A stretch of 47,994 nt of DNA from a virus (taxonomy: Duplodnaviria; Caudoviricetes). Every line of letters starts with the position of its first letter. The first letter of the stretch is position 1. Positions 45,350 through 47,994 of the stretch are shown piece after piece. Where the stretch lies: the IMG/VR virus record IMGVR_UViG_3300033067_001069, positions 1-47,994 of that record; one strand, 5' to 3'. The translations under genes were made by a program, and so were the position numbers. The notes under the pieces are model-generated. The model worked only from the letters and a program-made list of their open reading frames with translations, was not told the DNA's origin and did not search any database.

Positions 45350-46984
45350 TTAAACATCAATTAAATTCAGGATTTCCTGATTAACTGCATGTTCTAACAT
45401 CTCTTGTGGATTCATCTTACGGGTTTCGCCGGTTTTTTCATCCACGATTGGTTGGCTTTCACCTTCCAGGATTCTTCCAACAACGGTTCCATCCATACCA
45501 GAAATTAACACCGTTCCCTCATCATCCATTTTTGAAGGAACATCCCTTCCATAACTGTTAACATTCCACCAGATGAACGTCATCTTTGGAAGGCCGACGC
45601 TAGCTAGCTTACGCGTTGCTAAGTCATAGTTTGTGGAAGTATTTCCACCTACCGGATTGAATTGCATATCCGAAACTACTAGAAGGACACTTGGGAAATC
45701 CTCAACTGGAATTGAGGGATTTGCCTTCCGAACTCTAACAATTTCATCAATTACACTTTGGAAGTTTGTTCCACCCCAGGCAGTTGGTTGCTTCGCAACT
45801 TGGTCACACTTTTCAGTGAAAGACCCAGTTAACTTAATCATTCTAGATGATTCATCGAACATTACCACATGGTCCTTAAAAGAACCCTGTATTAATGATG
45901 AGAAGTAAATCCCCAACCCAACACATACATCAATCGGTTGACATGTCATTTTTGTACCACTACCTCCGTAGTAGCCAAAACTACCCATACTTCCTGATGT
46001 ATCCAGGGCACATAGTACGCCCTTCTTTAAAAGCTCTGGATTTACGTTATCCTTCGCCAATTCCAAAAGACCTTCAAACTGAGCATCGTATGTCATCTTC
46101 TCAACTAAAGTACGTTTTGGGCTCTTCGCCTTCATGTAAAGTTCATACGGATATCCAGTGAATTTTGCAATTGGCTTGCTCTTAATCCATTCAAGGTATT
46201 TTGGTTCAAGACCATGTCTTTCAACAGTAGTCTTTCCATCCTTACCTCTATGTCCAATAAGGGCAGTTAGGGCTCGACCAGATACCGTATTAAAATTAAT
46301 AGAATTCCAATCCTTAGAACTCATCAATCTCTGCCATACGTGGGCGTTGTTTTCAGGTGAGGACTTAAACTTTCTATACTCCTGCTCAGTCCAGCCCAAG
46401 AATTTACATAAACCTTTAGCCCATGCATTCTTACGACGATGGCGGTCATTGAAAGTGTTCTTGGAACTACGGATTTTTGGTAGGTACTTGGCAATAAGTG
46501 CTCTATGGTTCTCAGATTGCAAACCAAGTCTTACCAACTCATATACCTTTTCAGGTTTTACGTAGTGGGAGAATCCAGTTGCCGAACTGTCGTACCACAA
46601 ATCCTTCCAGCATCCAACAATTGGAATTAGGGATAGGTTTTTGTATAGGGTGTCAGGATGATTATTTTCTAACCACACCAACGTCTTAATAAATTCATCC
46701 TTCTGTCCTTGTCCCTTCTGAACATCCACAGTTACGGAATCTTTATTAATACCCTTAGCTCGCCGAGATACCATCCGGTTATAGAAGATTACCTTCATAG
46801 CTAATAGTGGGTTTTCCCCATAAATACTTGCTACGTCAGCATTTACATCTTCTTGCTTTCTTCCCCTATGCATACCGCACTTGGAAAAATAATCAAGCAC
46901 TTTACTTCCACTTGTGGAATGAGATAGTGCTCCGTTGAAAGTTGTAGTGTTGTTAGATTGCGATGCAGCCAAAAACTTATTCAT
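45350..46984 (-). CDS. DUF2828 family TROVE-like/vWA protein (Ro60-like architecture)
   Basis: TFNGALSHSTSG..LDYF, GCWKDL, AKYLP, YRK, then vWA DTSGSM, TNFQSV, VSDMQFN, FIWWNV. Confidence 0.85.
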   Translation of the reverse strand: MNKFLAASQSNNTTTFNGALSHSTSGSKVLDYFSKCGMHRGRKQEDVNADVASIYGENPLLAMKVIFYNRMVSRRAKGINKDSVTVDVQKGQGQKDEFIKTLVWLENNHPDTLYKNLSLIPIVGCWKDLWYDSSATGFSHYVKPEKVYELVRLGLQSENHRALIAKYLPKIRSSKNTFNDRHRRKNAWAKGLCKFLGWTEQEYRKFKSSPENNAHVWQRLMSSKDWNSINFNTVSGRALTALIGHRGKDGKTTVERHGLEPKYLEWIKSKPIAKFTGYPYELYMKAKSPKRTLVEKMTYDAQFEGLLELAKDNVNPELLKKGVLCALDTSGSMGSFGYYGGSGTKMTCQPIDVCVGLGIYFSSLIQGSFKDHVVMFDESSRMIKLTGSFTEKCDQVAKQPTAWGGTNFQSVIDEIVRVRKANPSIPVEDFPSVLLVVSDMQFNPVGGNTSTNYDLATRKLASVGLPKMTFIWWNVNSYGRDVPSKMDDEGTVLISGMDGTVVGRILEGESQPIVDEKTGETRKMNPQEMLEHAVNQEILNLIDV

Positions 46985-47009
46985 ATCCTACTCTCCTTAA
47001 AAATCCACA

Positions 47010-47062
47010 GACTACACAAAGTTGAAAAACCAAAATTTTCGAATTAAATTGCTGAGGTAGTC
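47010..47062 (-). ncRNA. CAGCAA stem element B in the 5' UTR of the DUF2828 gene
   Basis: GACTAC-CT-CAGCAAT..TTGT-GTAGTC, 25 nt before the ATG. Confidence 0.6.
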
Positions 47063-47071
47063 GATTGGTAG

Positions 47072-47134
47072 TGGGATGGTACGGATTTGAACCATACATC
47101 TTAGCCAACGGAATTTTCCGTTCTAAAACATCCC
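47072..47134 (-). ncRNA. minimal tRNA-like element lacking canonical D and anticodon arms
   Basis: GGGATG/CATCCC-A acceptor, GTATGG-TTCAAAT-CCGTAC T arm, single intervening arm. Confidence 0.55.
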
Positions 47135-47206
47135 TCAAATAATGTGTTGTATATACTTTTTGGTATGTGGAATGTATTGATATGGACGTTCCTCTCAATA
47201 CTTTAC

Positions 47207-47323
47207 AGACGCCTTCCACATAATCTACTAACTATATACCACATTATTCTAGTCAATATTGTGCTTCACACTCATGACCGTTAAACCTTTTCATTAGTTG
47301 AATAAGGTTTGCTGATGGCGTCT
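47207..47323 (-). ncRNA. CAGCAA stem element C at the predicted transcript 5' end
   Basis: AGACGCC-AT-CAGCAAA..GGCGTCT. Confidence 0.55.
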
Positions 47324-47334
47324 TTGTACCCTTC

Positions 47335-47362
47335 ATTATACCAGGGGTGAGCCGCTTGTCAA
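47335..47362 (-). promoter_or_regulatory. consensus sigma70 promoter
   Basis: TTGACA-16 nt-TATAAT with extended -10 TG. Confidence 0.85.
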
Positions 47363-47408
47363 GGCCCCCAAAAATTTTGTCAAATGGGCGGGCAAACTGC
47401 CCGCTAAG

Positions 47409-47478
47409 TACCAACTATGGGAATCGAACCCATTCCAAATCCTTATGAGAGATTTGTACATATCCCATGCAAGCTGGC
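47409..47478 (-). tRNA. tRNA with CAT anticodon (Met or Ile2), reduced D arm
   Basis: GCCAGCT/AGTTGGT, AATCT-CTCATAA-GGATT, ATGGG-TTCGATT-CCCAT. Confidence 0.75.
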
Positions 47479-47516
47479 GCGGTATATATCTTATACACCA
47501 AAAATATATTTATTCC

Positions 47517-47825
47517 TCACTTTAATAGTTGGAATCTTTTAAAAACATCACTTCTCTCAACAACATCAGTGGCGAACGCTGTTAACTCCCCGCCTCTATC
47601 AGGCTCATTGAACTCATATGTAGTATACCCGGCACTACGTGTCCAGTCAAGGGCCTTTAAAAGTTTTTCCTCAGTCTTAACTCCAAATACAATTATATAT
47701 GGATGAGGGCCGTCATATGACGACCTTTTCATCATCTCCACAACTGCATGGGCGGACTGTACTACCTGTTGAGGGAGTGGTAGGTCTCTTCTTATAAATA
47801 TATATATGGTTGGTCTCTAGAACAT
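47517..47825 (-). CDS. Pth2-like peptidyl-tRNA hydrolase with in-frame TAG at codon 3
   Basis: ATG TTC TAG then RPTIYIFIRRDLPLPQQVVQSAHAVVE..EPDRGGELTAFA; AGGA RBS before the ATG. Confidence 0.75.
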
Positions 47826-47844
47826 TAAATATTTCCTTTTCTTA

Positions 47845-47994
47845 TTATGGAATCATCTTATTTACTTCATTATAAACATCTTCCATAGTAATTACTTCTA
47901 CACTAATCGTTCCTAACTTATATGTATTACCATTAAATTCGAAACTTTTTTCAACATCATTTTTTATAAGGAATTGGATTAAATCATCAATTTC
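47845..47994 (-). CDS. hypothetical protein, C-terminal part
   Basis: Open frame EIDDLIQFL..NKMIP* from the window edge. Confidence 0.5.
   Translation of the reverse strand, partial: EIDDLIQFLIKNDVEKSFEFNGNTYKLGTISVEVITMEDVYNEVNKMIP

Noticed and set aside
46977-47219. 80 aa minus-strand ORF
   Set aside because: Overlaps structured RNA elements, has no recognisable motifs; probably spurious
47232-47256. Second sigma70 promoter TTGACT..TATAGT inside element C
   Set aside because: Spacer of only ~14 nt
47072-47328. tmRNA
   Set aside because: Acceptor lacks the G3-U70 Ala determinant and its two strands are only ~60 nt apart, leaving no room for a tag domain
14-47706. Plus-strand ORFs in the track (e.g. 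23918-24562, 13890-14327, 46158-46565)
   Set aside because: Antisense shadows of well-supported minus-strand genes or tRNAs, with no recognisable motifs
1-47994. Genome-wide TAG reassignment
   Set aside because: Long genes are not interrupted by TAG, and TAG ends phoH, mazG and dCMP deaminase at the expected positions

Overview
AT-rich fragment of a large (jumbo-like) bacteriophage genome; essentially all genes lie on the minus strand. In window order: (1) a ~11 kb glycosylation cluster (aminotransferase, epimerase, nucleotidyltransferase, ~7 glycosyltransferase-like genes); (2) a replication/recombination module (SSB, DnaE encoded in three pieces with two joined by a split intein, DnaQ-like exonuclease, UDG, Cas4-like nuclease with a class-3 Gly1 intein, dNMP kinase, DnaG, DnaB, RecA); (3) accessory genes (GIY-YIG, PhoH, HNH, a DNA ligase fractured by a second split intein, DenV-like glycosylase, two Tat-lipoprotein paralogs, MazG, vWA protein, class II RNR, dCMP deaminase); (4) a tRNA region (Cys, Gly x2, Trp, Gln, CAU) around a DUF2828 TROVE-like/vWA gene. 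Most notable: four copies of a covarying helix-NN-CAGCAA RNA element around the TROVE-like gene, one embedded in circularly permuted form in the anticodon loop of a tRNA-Gly-like molecule (a candidate new Ro/Y-RNA-like system), and a neighbouring Pth2-like gene with an in-frame UAG at codon 3. All protein calls come from motif recognition by eye; no database searches were run.
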